DNA of 45,605 bases from Basidioascus undulatus. Its lineage: Eukaryota. Positions within the stretch are counted from its first letter, which is position 1; each line of letters begins with the position of its first letter. Of this stretch, positions 1-12,058 are shown piece after piece. The notes under the pieces were generated by a model. The model had not been told where the DNA came from. It saw only the letters and a program-made list of their open reading frames with translations, and made no database searches. The DNA lies in the NCBI GenBank assembly GCA_000826855.1, contig JTLS01000022.1, forward strand, positions 1-45,605, read 5' to 3'. A program made the translations under genes and the position numbers.

Positions 1-94
1 GAAGCGAGCCAGCCCACTCACGTTGTACCCGTCCAGCACGCTCTGCGCGAGCCCCTCAATCTCCTCCCACACTCCGCTCACGCCCCCCTCGCAG

Positions 95-1092
95 GTATTA
101 CCACCGCGCGCTCAACCCGCCGAAGCTGGTGGAGACCGGCTTCTCGCACGTCCCGCGCACTAGCACGCTCGGGCGCCAGATCCGCCTCGCGGACGTCCCC
201 CGCGGGTCGGTCCAGGGGTGGCGCGAGATGGAGCGCCGCGACATCCCACAGGTGGGCAAGCTTGTCCGCGCGTTCTTGGCGAGGTATCAGATCGCGCCTA
301 TTATGGACGACGAGGAGATCGCGCATGTGTTTTTGAGCGGACGGGGCACGGAGGATGGCAAGAAGCGCCAGGGGCAGGTGACGTGGGCTTACGTCGTCGA
401 GGTACGCAGGCGCTCCTTCCTGCTGCTTTCCCACTCCCCCGATCTGACATTGCCCCCCCGACGCGCGCAGAACCCGACCACCAAGAAGATCACCGACTTT
501 CTCTCGTTCTACTCCCTCCCCTCCACGATCGTCGGTAACCTCAAGTATCCCGTGCTCGACGCAGCCTACCTCTTCTACTACGCGACCGACGCCGTCCTCC
601 CGTCCGACTACGCCTCGCAGTCCACCCTCCCGCCCCCGGGGCTCGAGAAGGACGCGGCGCTCCGGACGAAGCTCGGAGACCGCCTCAAGAAGCTCGTCGA
701 GGCCGCGCTGCGGGTCGCGAAGGCTGTGAGTGTGGGAGATGAGGGCGTGGATGAGGTGAGAGCTGATGATGGGAGCGGTTGGGGGCAGGCCAACTTTGAT
801 GTCTTCAACGCGCTCACGCTGATGGACAACAACCTCTTCATTCAAGATCAGCGTGTGCGTCCTCACCACCCTACCCCTTCCCTTCCTTCCCTTCCTTCCC
901 TTCCTTCCCTTTCCTTCCCTTCCTTCTGCTTTCGATTGACCTTCTGACATGTGCCTTCCTCCGCCCGCCCCGCAGTTCAAGCTCGGCTCCGGCTTCCTCA
1001 ACTACTACATGTACAACTACCGCGTGCGCGACGAGATCCCAGGCGGGCTCAACGGCGTCGACAGCTCCGGCGTTGGGTTGGTCATGCTTTAG
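95..1092 (+). CDS. NMT1: Glycylpeptide N-myristoyltransferase, 3' part (gene starts upstream of the window); exons ~95-401, 471-725, 789-854, 976-1092
   Basis: The spliced translation contains the NMT motifs YYHRALNPPKLVETGFS, ITDFLSFYSLPSTI, AYLFYYAT and FDVFNALTLMDN, and ends in the typical GVGLVML*. GT-AG introns keep the frame. Confidence 0.95.
876..926. repeat. Pyrimidine microsatellite (CCTT/CCCTT units) in the last NMT1 intron
   Basis: Directly visible: ccttcccttccttcccttccttcccttccttcc... Confidence 0.9.
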
Positions 1093-1291
1093 ACATTTAC
1101 ATTGGGTTCGGGGACGGGGAGGGATGGGGTGGGGTGGAATGGTGTGCAGAGTGGGCACAGTGTGGGTCGGGTAATGCATGAGCATGGCTTGCTGCAGCGC
1201 AGTTTCGGAGCATGCAATGAGATGGTCATATTGAAGAAATGGCCCTTTGTGCACCACGCTGGGTTAATGAAAGTCTGCGGCTCGTGTTGCT

Positions 1292-2715
1292 TCAGATGAC
1301 CACGAGGAACTCACGGATATGTATCAGGCGGCGGCGCTCGGTAGCAAGCTGTCGTATCAACTTCTCCGACAAGTTAACCTTTTCTGGGTAGCTCCGGAAA
1401 GCCTCAGAAATGTCGCCAGTGATACTTGAAGCAACGAGAGGTTTAGGTGAAGTTTTGCACAGATGCGCTCGGGTCGAAGGACTTACGGCGTGTGAGGCTC
1501 CAAGACGCACATTTATGTAAGCTACAGCCGAAGGGAAGGTTGACAATAAAGGTTCGCGGCGTGGGTCTGACAACCGGGAGCTGGGGGTGAGAGCCGTGCA
1601 GTGCTGCAGGACAATATCGGATGGTCCGGAGTGTCATTAGGGTGGAAAGAACGACCAGGGTTGCGAGCATTATCTTTCTGTGGCAAAGTACGCCGACATT
1701 TTGGATGATGGAATGTCACCACGGGACAGGTCGACTTTGTGGCAGTGATAGGATTTTGATTGATGTATGGGAAAACTTGCTTCCTTCAACTCTTTTTTGT
1801 GTGGATCCTGGACCGTCTTCACGTCTGCAGCGCGATACATTGGTTTTGAGCGATGGACGAAGATTCGAAGCACCGATGAAGCTGGAAGCCAGAAGCCAGG
1901 CAGGCGCGTCGTCCAATACCGTCCGGAAAGGAGGGGCAGCAGGTACAAAGATCTCTAGAGGCGTTTTGATCTTGCTGTCATGTAGGCGGAATGCATGCAT
2001 GGACACCACAGTTGAAGAGGAGCGTTCGGGAGGAAGCTGGAGGGCGAGACAGGCCTTTCATGCATGGGGGACCCATTCGAATGAACACTGTGCATTTTCC
2101 AGTTATCAGTGGATTTTAGCTTGTATAATGATGTACGATCCAGTACTTCAGAGACCTGCGCATGTGTTAGTGCCTGTCGACACGACCGAGGGGCAGCGTG
2201 GAGCCTATACGTCCTGCACGGGTGAACCCATGGGGTTGCTCGAGCTGCGTCTGCCGTGAGCTGGTGCAAGAGTATACTACTGCCGAGAGAATTCATGTCA
2301 TCGCATAAGGAAAGATTAGCATATTCCGCAGAAGGACCAAATATATATTCATTCGGACCCTCATAAGGGAGGGAACTGGCTCAATCTGCACATGCGCTGG
2401 AGGTTGAACGAGACCCAACAAAACGTCTTGCAGATCGCGTCGATGTTCGATCACGTACATGCTAGTGCCAAGCATGCACAGAACATTCACGCGGAAGTGT
2501 TGGCAAATCAATGCGTCCCTCGCTATTTTTTACCCACCGAAGTCCTTCGACGGCATTGACGACCGTCCGCTAAGGTCGGTCCGTAGAGACCTCCAATCTT
2601 GGTATCTTCCCCTTCGTTCTTGGTGCCTGTACTGAGCCCCTTCAGCAAGTCTCGGATCCGTATTTGCCATGGCTAATATTGGCGAGAATATTGCCTTTGG
2701 GAGCAGCGCGAACAC
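1292..2715 (-). other. Possible decayed coding remnant(s) of unknown family
   Basis: Lower-GC block with several short minus-strand ORFs of protein-like composition (e.g. ...VNLSEKLIRQLATERRRLIHIREFLVVI*). No recognisable motif and no coherent splice model. Confidence 0.2.
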
Positions 2716-3531
2716 CAGACCGCGTGATTCTGCTTATCGAACGTCGCACACGATGGCGATGATCCCAGCGCAGTGTGGCGCTCGCTCCCGCGTGGGTCCA
2801 GCAGATACCGACACTCGTTCACACACATATGAAATTCTGCAGACAGTGGTAATTGACACTGATATCCTTATCTCTAGACGGCACACAAAGGCACGCAAGG
2901 TGGGCGAGAAGGCTGTTATGCGGTGCCAGAACATGTACAGCTGGTTTCAGAAGCCCGCAGGAACTGCACGTATGCACACGCACTTGGACCATGTAGCTGT
3001 CTTCAGTGACAACTTTATTCCACTTTTATTTAGTGATTCCTAGTCCTGTCTCGTATGGCGCCATCAGTCAATCACGCTTCACAGACGTGCGATAGCGAAA
3101 ACGACGGGAGGTCGCTCGCCCATGTGGACCTCAGTCTTGGCGGCTCAAAAGATGCACGCCATAACAAATGGCGACACTGAGCCGCATACCAGTTCGTGAT
3201 ATTCGCCGCGCCACCAAGGCGTCGACCGTGTGCTTTCAACGGAGGTTGCCCAGACGCCCGTCGCACAAGGCCGTGCTGGCCAGAATCGCCTCCGGACTGT
3301 TGCGCCAGCCCAGGCACCGGCGACACGCAGAGAAGCTGCTCACGTGAACACCTACGGGATCTGTTTCGGTGGTACGAGCTCGTTATCTGCGCGCTCGTTC
3401 TAGTTATCAGAGATGCGGCCGGCTGAAACCTATAACAGGGCGAGAAAGCGCTGCCACTTCAAGGAAGTCCACGCATTTCGTTCCTCTCTAACAACTTTCA
3501 CTGTTACCAGCCCTTCCGACAGGCGGGCATC

Positions 3532-6500
3532 ATGGTGCTTAGCCGCAGCAACTCCGACGAGAAAGAGAAGGGGTCCATCGGCAGCCCCACTGCTGAGGTC
3601 AGTCGCTTGTCCCTCGGAGTCGTTGTAATCGACAACGCAGAAGAAAGGGTTCTCATGAAGACGCGGCTGTAACAGGCTGAGCTGGTCCAGCTGGCCGAGC
3701 AAGAGGCTGGCTGGGGCGTGAAGAACCTCGACGAGGTCATCCGTGATGCTCAAGCTCTCACGACCGAAGAGACCCTCAAGGAGCTTCAGCGTATCCTGGA
3801 CATCCACGAATATGGTGAGTCTGAGTCACTACCGTTATCTGTTTGACCCCCCTCAAAACGCGGAAATCCCCATGAAAGACCCCAACTTCCCCGGCCACAT
3901 TCTGGTTCGTCCCACACATTTACGATCCTTCGGAGACGGGAATCTCAACATCAGTTACATCTGCAGGACAACGCCAAGCGGGTCCTCTTCGACAAGGAGC
4001 TCCAGGCCAACGAGACCGAGTACAACGAAGTCCTGACCAGCCTGAAGGTCGACGTAAGTGTGATCGCATCCTTGGCGGCACCCGAAGCCTTGCTGATGCC
4101 TCCTCTTCAATTCAGATTGTTCTCATCGTCGACAATTCACCTTACCCCGAAGTCCGTGCCGTCGTCGATCCTTATGACGACTTAAGTTATTCTTGCCATG
4201 TCGTTTTCCAGACTGCGCGACTGCGCGTTGATGACGGTCTGGATAGACCACCATTCCGGCGTCGACCTTCCGAGCTTGGTTTATTGGCTTGATCTTCGCA
4301 GCTTCTGGAGCCGCAATTAACCAGCTTTTCGATCTGCGTCAGCCTCGTAAGTTGTTTTCGCGTACCGTTCTCTTCGATCTCTTTCTCGTGCCCAGAGGGA
4401 GCCTGTCGTGTATGTGTGGAAGACGAGTCGTGCTGACTTTTTTCTTGCACGAAATTCTCAGCCATTACCGTCGATGAGTGAGTTCACGGTCGACAAAATT
4501 CTGTCTGTGACTCACAATGCTTGATCCATTGCGGCACAGATTTGTCGCTCAGCTTCTCGTAAATCCCCACTCCTTTCAAAGCGCTGCTCAGACTACAGAC
4601 TGACTTAAAACTCCTGCAAAGGCATACCCTTTTGGAAAGGCTCTCGAGAAGATCCTTCCTACCAGGCGCTTCCGCACTTTTGGCTATGAGTGGAGCCTGA
4701 ACCCTGGCCCGTTCTCCCAGAAGGTCCGTGTTCCTTGCCTCGAACCGTCGTCAATTGGCGCTGATACACCAGCAAAACAGGAGCACATGTGTGTCTATAT
4801 TCATGAAATTGAACGATGCAGAGCTGACCCCTAGTGTTCTCGAGGCTCATCACCGTGTGAGCACTTTGTTAGATCATGTGGCGTTGCAAAGCTAACATGG
4901 GAGACTTAAGGATGGCCAACGTATCATTCACGAGCCCGTACACCACCTACATTTACCTCGTACAGATTAATAAGAGCATGTTCAACCAGCGTACGTCAAG
5001 TCATTGGAGTCCTATGCTGCCCACCTAACACCGGACACACAGCCTGGGCCCTCGATTTTGGTTACCAACTTCTGACAAGTCTGTCTACCCAACTCATCGG
5101 GTTTGGCCTTGCTGGCCTGACAAGACGCTTCTGTATGAGTCCTTCTTAATTTTGCTCTATCCGAAAGTGATCCTGACTCGCGCCTCCGTGTGCAGTGGTT
5201 TGTATGTGCTTCCCGCGCCTCCCGGGTTGACGTGCCTTGCCCTTGTTAGATCCCGGCTACTGCATTTGGCCCAGGAATCTGGCTACAGTCGTCCTCAACA
5301 AGTCTTTTTACCGTGAAGAGTACATCTTACATGCCCAAGAACGACCACGTGCCCATCCCGTGGGCAGTTACTGACCCCTGTCTCCTCCCACAGCAACGCG
5401 CCTGCCAACGGTTGGAAGATGTCCCGCGTGCATTTCTTCTTGTATGCTTTCGGGGCCATGTTCGTTTGGTACTTGGTCACGAACTGTGGGGGGGATTTCA
5501 TGATCTTCAAAACTGCTGCGGCCGCTGACTTCCCGATCGTTATCTGCCTTCCAGACCTGTTCGAGGCGCTGTCGACCACCAACTGGATAATGTGGATCCC
5601 ATCGCTGAAGTACAGCGTAACGGCCATGCTCATCACTGGTAACACTTCCACCTCCTCCTGCGCCCGAAGAGCACGGTCCGCTGACTTCGGAAGCGCGACG
5701 TTCAGGTCATTACGGCGGCCTGGGTATAAATCCCTTCAGGTGAGTTTCCATGCCCTGCATCAGACTTCTTCCGCTGACTTGAGAACCCCTTAGCACGTTC
5801 GATTGGAACAGTAAGTGGAAGGCACAACGCAGGGCGGGTGCTGTGTGCTCAACTTGATCACCGCAGTCGTAACCTATCTTGCCGACCCGATCGTGACGCC
5901 GTTTTTCTCGGTTTGCAACGCCATCACTGGCACGCTCTGTGGTGTCTTCGTGGTGAGTAGCGAGCTGGCGAGAAGGGCTCTTGAAACAGGCTGACGTCCC
6001 GTTTTTTCGACAGATTGCCGCCATCTTGTGAGCGACAAGTGAACAACTTGTTTTCGCAAATGAATCTAACTTGTGTTCGCAGCTTCACCAACTCGTACAA
6101 CACTTCCTACCTGCCCATGGTTCGTCACTGGCTTGCAGACAAGCCCCACGCTGCTTACTCCCTGAAACGATTATCAACCCTCTAGATCAGCAACGGCATC
6201 TACGATAACAAAGGACATTCCTACAACGTCTCCCTTATTGTCGGACTCGATGCCTTGTTCGACCAAGAGGCGTATGAGCAGTACAGTCCTGTCTACATGT
6301 GGGTCACTGAAGCTCCATGAAGCTCGAAGGCTCACACGTTGTCCCTCCAGCTCTGCCGCAAACGTCATGGTTTACACCACGTTCTTCGTACGATTGAACT
6401 TGACAGTAAATGCAGTGGCTTTGAATACTCATTTGTATGCGCTGCAGGCGATCTACACTGCGACACTTGCCCACGTACGCACTGCGTCTGGACGTACCCC

Positions 6501-9059
6501 TGAACCCACTTACGTGCCGTGCTGATGAAACTTCTTCAGGCCTATCTGTACAACCGGCATGAAATTGCTACGGGTTTCAAATCGCTGTTTTCCCGCAAGA
6601 GCCCCTCTCAGGTCAACACCGACATCCACACTAAGTGCGTTTTGTTTTGGCGCATCCACTGGAACTTAAGAATACTCTAGAGTCTAATTTCCTTTGTTTT
6701 TCGAAGGCTCATGTCTGCCTACCCTGAGGTCCCCGAGTAAGTGTTATTCAATGAACCCTAACCGAGTAACTGTTCACGCGCGGTCCCAACAACAGATGGT
6801 GGTACCTTAGTGTGCTGGTCTTTGCTATCGCGCTTGGGGTTGCAGGCGTCGCAGCGTACCCTACGTCCAGTGAGTCTGTCCTGATGCCTTTTTTTTTCCT
6901 GGTCGCTAAAAATGTCACTGGAATAGCCACACCCGGTGTTGTGTAAGCCATCGTCTTTCATAGGCATCTGCGTTCCATCTGACAATTCTGCGCAGCTTCT
7001 TCGGCATAGCTTTGGCTTTGGTGAGGAAAGGCTTCACTCCAATGCGAACTTACTACTTATGCGGACGCTGTTATCAGGTTTTCGTTGTTCCCATCGGTGT
7101 CATCAAGGTGGGTAAGAAGATCTTGCCTCAACAGCGCCAAAGCTCACATACAACCGCAGGCCACGTCGAACATTGGCGTCACTTTGAACGTCCTAGCAGA
7201 GGCACGTCTATTGGTCTTTTCCGCTTCCCCTTGGACATGTGGACTGACCTTCGCTTTGTGTTTCGTTCATCGGCGGGCTGGCATTCCCTGGTAAGATGGC
7301 TGCAAGCCCAATTCAGTATGCTGGACTAACCGCGCATGGACAGGCAATGCCTTGGCGATGAACTATTTCAAGGTGCCTTGATCTCTCAGACGGCTCAGTG
7401 CAACTCATGCAAAAACTTTGCATTTGCGGTAGACGTACGGGTACATCACGACGGCCCAAACCCTGCAATTCGCTCAAGATCTCAAGCTTGGACACTACGC
7501 GAAAGTACCCCCGCGCCCTATGTTCATGGCGCAGATTATTGCAACGTAGGCTTCCCTTCTTTTGCGGTCGGGAAAAAGTATCTTACTGACACTGGAGCGA
7601 GTAGCTTTGGCTCCATTTTGGTTTGCCTGGGCATCTTCTGGTATGCAGTATTGTAGTCCTTCATCTTTGCCTGAGCCTGACTAAGCCCATTTTCTGTCCA
7701 TTTGACCCGTAGCTTCCAGGTGCCCACGACCATATCTTTCTCGCTGACCTTTTATGTCTATACTGACGGGGCATGCTGTTCTCTCGATGCAGATGACCGG
7801 CATCGAAGACGTCTGTACGCCTACTCAGCCTGCCAAATTCACTTGCCCGTCAGGTACGTTCTTCGAATATTCATTGCTCAATGTACGTAACATGACTGAA
7901 GATTTTCACGAACACAGCACGCACTTTGTGAGTCAAAGGACTCCTTTTCGTATTGAGCAGCGAGACTGACGCTCAATTTCTCTCAAGCTTCACCGCCAGC
8001 GTAGTGTGGGGAACGCTTGGGCCGGTCAAGGTAAGTTGGCATGTTTCTAACCATGCAGACGTACCTTCTGACCCCGTGTCGGTCCGTCAGATGTTTGGAT
8101 CGGCTAACAGCATCTGTAAGCAGCTCTTTTTTTCGGAGCCATCGGACAAGAAGCTGAAAGCTGACTTATGATCTCTTGTAGACCGCTTCACCCTCTTCGT
8201 AAGTCGCCTCGGGGTCGGAGGGTTTCGGTTTCAGCATTTTCCGAGGACTAATCCATCTTCACAGGGTTTCCTGGCCGGCGCCGTTGCCCCCTTCCTCTTC
8301 TACGCCGCCTCTCACAAGTTCCCCAACCAGAGGTGGCTGGGCAAAATCAGCGTTCCGCTCATCATCTGGTGAGGCCTACATGACACTCTCGTTCGAAGTA
8401 GCCATCAAACTGACGACACGTCCTCTCCTCAGCGGCACGCTTAACTGGACTCCGTACGCATCTGCCTACATTCGTTCACTTCCAACCGTGTTAACATCCT
8501 AGTTTTCAGTTACTCACTCGCCTGGTTCTGGCCCTGCGTCCCGGTCGCCTACTTCTTCTCTGTCTTCATCAAGAAGCGTTACCTGCCGTGGTGGTCGAAG
8601 TGTACGCCCAGAAGCTGCCTTGTTCTTCGCGGGAATGCTGACCCCCTTCTGCAGACGCATACGTAACCTCCACTGCTTTCAGCCGTGGCATTGCTATCGG
8701 TGAGTTCACTCGAGGAGTGTCTTAAGAAACGGCTGCATGCTCAAGTCCACTTCGTTTCCGGCGGCGATCATTGTATTCTTCGCTGTGCAATACAAGCCCG
8801 TCCCGCTCAGCTGGGCCGGCAACGATGCCCCGTACGACAACTGTGACCTTAACTACAGCGACCTGGAGTTCGTGATCCATCCCATGTTTGGTTTCCACAG
8901 CAGCTTACTGACATATGAGCACCCTGCAGGTTGTGTGGATACAAGCAGATTCCTGCCGATCCGGGCTACTTCGGTCCGGGCGTCGGGTAAGTTCAATCCA
9001 TGTTTTCTTCTTGAAAACTGAATTCTGAACACCGTCTTGTTCCCAGCGAGTTCCACTAG
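3532..9059 (+). CDS. OPT-family oligopeptide transporter (~48 introns; three splice sites non-canonical, possibly a young pseudogene)
   Basis: The hand-spliced protein has OPT hallmarks: [105 protein letters not shown]. It ends YFGPGVGEFH* at 9059. Confidence 0.92.
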
Positions 9060-9681
9060 ACGATCGCCGCACTCCTGCATGGGTGGCTACCGGCCAACCC
9101 AAGCGTCCTCACGTTTCCTTTTACTGCTGTCTTCATTTGTGTCTTGGTTTTGACATTTCCTCTTATCTCTGGGTTTGTGTGTGGAATGTAGCGCTTGACG
9201 ATTTGCTAGGAGATTTACGTGCCTCTCTGCTCAAGCGTGTGTCAGTGACTGGGACAGCCTTAGCCCAAACCCTGCGACTGGTACATCTGTGTCACCTTGT
9301 GATAAACAAAGGACGTTGCGGTCATTGAGTATGTAGGGTCACTGCATACACAGTGTGGAATATACCTCTTCCGAGTTGTTCTGCGGTTCGTGGTGAGTGG
9401 GTACTCGAAGACCTCTTGCACCAGCCGGTCTTACGCCAGTACCGTAACGGTCCGCTGAGACTACCACCCGCTTCTAGTCTAAACAACAACCTAGTTTCTT
9501 GTTATTAGTCTTGATCAGTCCGTCAGAAAACCGAAAGAAGAGAGTGCGATGAACATTGCAAATTATCGAGTTCCCACACTCAGGTTTCCGCGGACGCTCG
9601 CGGGTGGCCCTTTTCCGTTCCGCCTTTGTCCGCCTTCCCGCCCGCTCTTCTCGCTTCACCCGAACCATTACCCTGCCCACA

Positions 9682-10692
9682 ATGCTCTTTTCCAATCTCC
9701 GACCTCGGTCCTCACCGGCCTCCGCACCGCTCGTCAACACCCTTTCGACGTTCCTGCGCACTTACGCGGTGCATGCGCGCGTCGGACTCGACTCCCTGAA
9801 GCCAGCGAAGGACTCCTGGCGCAATGTCCGTCCTTCTTGCAACTCCCCGGAGACCGAGAACCCGCAGGCTAATTAGGAGGGTGCTGGATAGGCTCAACGA
9901 CTTGGTCGTGGTGACTCTTCGGGGCGGGGTGGGACGTCCGGACGGGGTCACAAGGGTTTGAAGGCGCGCGGTGGAGCGGGGAGCAAGGTCCCGCAGTGGT
10001 CGGAGGGTGGGCAGACGCCGCTCACGCGGAGGTACCCCAAGCGTGGGTTCTGGAACATGTGAGTCCTGTCCGTCCTCTTCTGGGCGCCCGAGCAGGAGAG
10101 ACTGAAGCAGATCGCTGGGATGGGGTGTGATCGTCTTCCAGCGGCCGCCAACACTTCCAGCCTGTCCCGCTCTCCCGCCTGCTCTCCTGGATCCAGCAGG
10201 GCCGGATCGATCCCACGCGCACCATCACTACGCGCGACATTGTGGACAGCCGCCTTGTGCACGGCCTGACCAAGGCGCAGGGCGTCAAGATCGTGTCTGA
10301 CGTGAGCAAGCTCCACCTCATTTCCGGGCCTGTCCTCCCACGCTCATCCTGGTTCTCTTTTTCTCTCCCAGCGCCGCCCTATCACCGACCTTCCTCCCCT
10401 CGATATCGTCGTCTCCCGCGCGTCCAAGGAGGCCGTGAACCTGATCGACGCCGCGGGGGGGACGATCACGTTCAAGTACTACAACCGTCTCGCGCTCCGG
10501 CAGCACCTCCTGCCCGAGAAGTTCATCGGGCGCGAGGTCAAGGAGGCCGCGCCGACCAAGAAGCGCGACATCCTGTTCTACCGCAAGGCCGCGCAGAAGG
10601 AGGAGGAGCGCGCGGAGCGGCGGAAGCAGCTCTTGCTTGGTGCGCCGAAGGAGGGTGCGGAGGCGGGTGTGCCGCCGGTGGAGGCTCAGTGA
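9682..10692 (+). CDS. MRPL10: Mitochondrial large-subunit ribosomal protein uL15m (yeast MRPL10-like); 3 introns
   Basis: The N-terminus is R/S/L-rich and presequence-like. uL15 motifs are present: [41 protein letters not shown] and [20 protein letters not shown]. Confidence 0.93.
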
Positions 10693-11087
10693 GATTGGAC
10701 CCAAGCATTGCTTTGTTGGATACGGATGGCTTGCTGCTTGCATTGAGTGCTTATAATTGTCAGCGACCACATAGGAGTCCATCTATCGCACGTCGAATCA
10801 GCCACGGGAGGTGTGTCGGTTTCTACGGCTGAAGGTCTTACAATGATAAATAATTACGGAAGCTACGAGGCTGCCACAGTATCAATTCCGCATGGGAACG
10901 AGGAACAACCCTCAAGGCAACTTGGTGGCAAATTCTTGCGGAGGGTCACGCTGACCGACAAGCTCGTGCGTGGTTTTTCGAGCTCTCGTCAGGGGATGCG
11001 GCGCATCACTTGTCAAGACACAACCGGCCAAGAAAAGAGGTACAACCACATTGATAATGATGGCGCGTTGCGTTGTAAAATGGGTAT

Positions 11088-11732
11088 CTAGGCTGAGGCT
11101 TTCGCATCAGCCTTCGCCTCCTTCTCTGCTCTGAGATGATCCGCCGTCGCCTGGCTCAACCGGGACAGATCCTGGACCCGTGCCCTTGCATCAGCAAAAA
11201 ATTCTGACGGGATGTATTTGAGCAGCGAATTAGCAACGTACCGCCAGGTCCTGTGCGAGCTCTCCAGCAGGAAAGAAGCTCGCGACCTGCTCTGGTCGCG
11301 CGGTGATGAGGTCCGATAACGGGGGTACACGACTGTCTTCCGGCAGCAACATTCAGCTATGCAAAGGATCTACACGAGTCTGAGAACGCACCTCTTCATC
11401 TCCTCCACGAGCGCCTTGACCTCCGCCTCCATCATGTCCACCTCCTCTCCAAGCCGCTCCTCCTCCGCCTGCAACATCCGAATCGCCTCTCCGAGCCCCA
11501 CCGGTCGGCTCCCATCAGCCAGCGTATAATCCTCTGTGTCTCCATCCGCTGACGCGTCGTTGTCCTCGGCATCCTCCTCTCGCTTGTTCGAGGGTAGGGA
11601 GACCTCGAGCGCGATGTTGCGCTTGACCTGCGCGCGCCGAGCCTGGACCTGGCTGGACAGGTGCTTGTGAAGCGCTTTTAGGGAGGGATCGTTGCTGTTC
11701 GAGCGGTGAAGTTTCCTGGATGAGCTGCTCAT
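11088..11732 (-). CDS. Hypothetical small coiled-coil protein; 2 introns
   Basis: ATG at 11732 opens a GC3-rich exon (MSSSSRKL...EAIRMLQAEEERLGEEVDMMEAEVKALVEEMK). GT-AG introns give an in-frame continuation SRVPPLSDLITARPEQ...DLA|DLSRLSQ...AKASA*. Family not recognised. Confidence 0.65.
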
Positions 11733-12058
11733 GTGTCGGGGACTGGAAAGGCGTGTGCGCACCGGTAATGGGCGGGGAAGAGCTCGCGAAGGTCCTGCAG
11801 CGAAATTGACGACGACACGGCCGTCGAGCTGAGCAAATAGCTCTTCAGCAGGCTCTTTTCTGTTGGTCTTCGGTCCGACATGAAGAGGTGAAACTGGGAG
11901 GTGGCAAGGCAAGGAGTGCAGTTGCGGTCGAGGGATAAGGGGGACTTCCTTGTCATTTCGAGAAGACGCGTCGGGCGCGCGAGAACACGCGTTTCTTCCG
12001 CCCTTCTTTGCTCCCGACGACCTCCTCCTCCTCGCCGTGCCTACCAAGTATTCCAGCG
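11733..12058. promoter_or_regulatory. Putative bidirectional promoter between the orphan gene and NSE1
   Basis: The divergent ATGs are 326 bp apart, with a pyrimidine-rich tract before the NSE1 start. Confidence 0.55.

Noticed and set aside
78..1001. 307-aa minus-strand ORF, and other long antisense ORFs such as 29569-30537 and 38941-39852
   Set aside because: These are shadows of GC3-rich exons on the opposite strand, with no independent motifs.
5419..5793. Apparent in-frame insertions in the OPT ORF
   Set aside because: The first is an ordinary GT-AG intron (about 5487-5553) and the second (5639-5705) shifts the ORF out of the coding frame. Splicing both restores WYLVTNYLFEALS and ITGHYGGLG.
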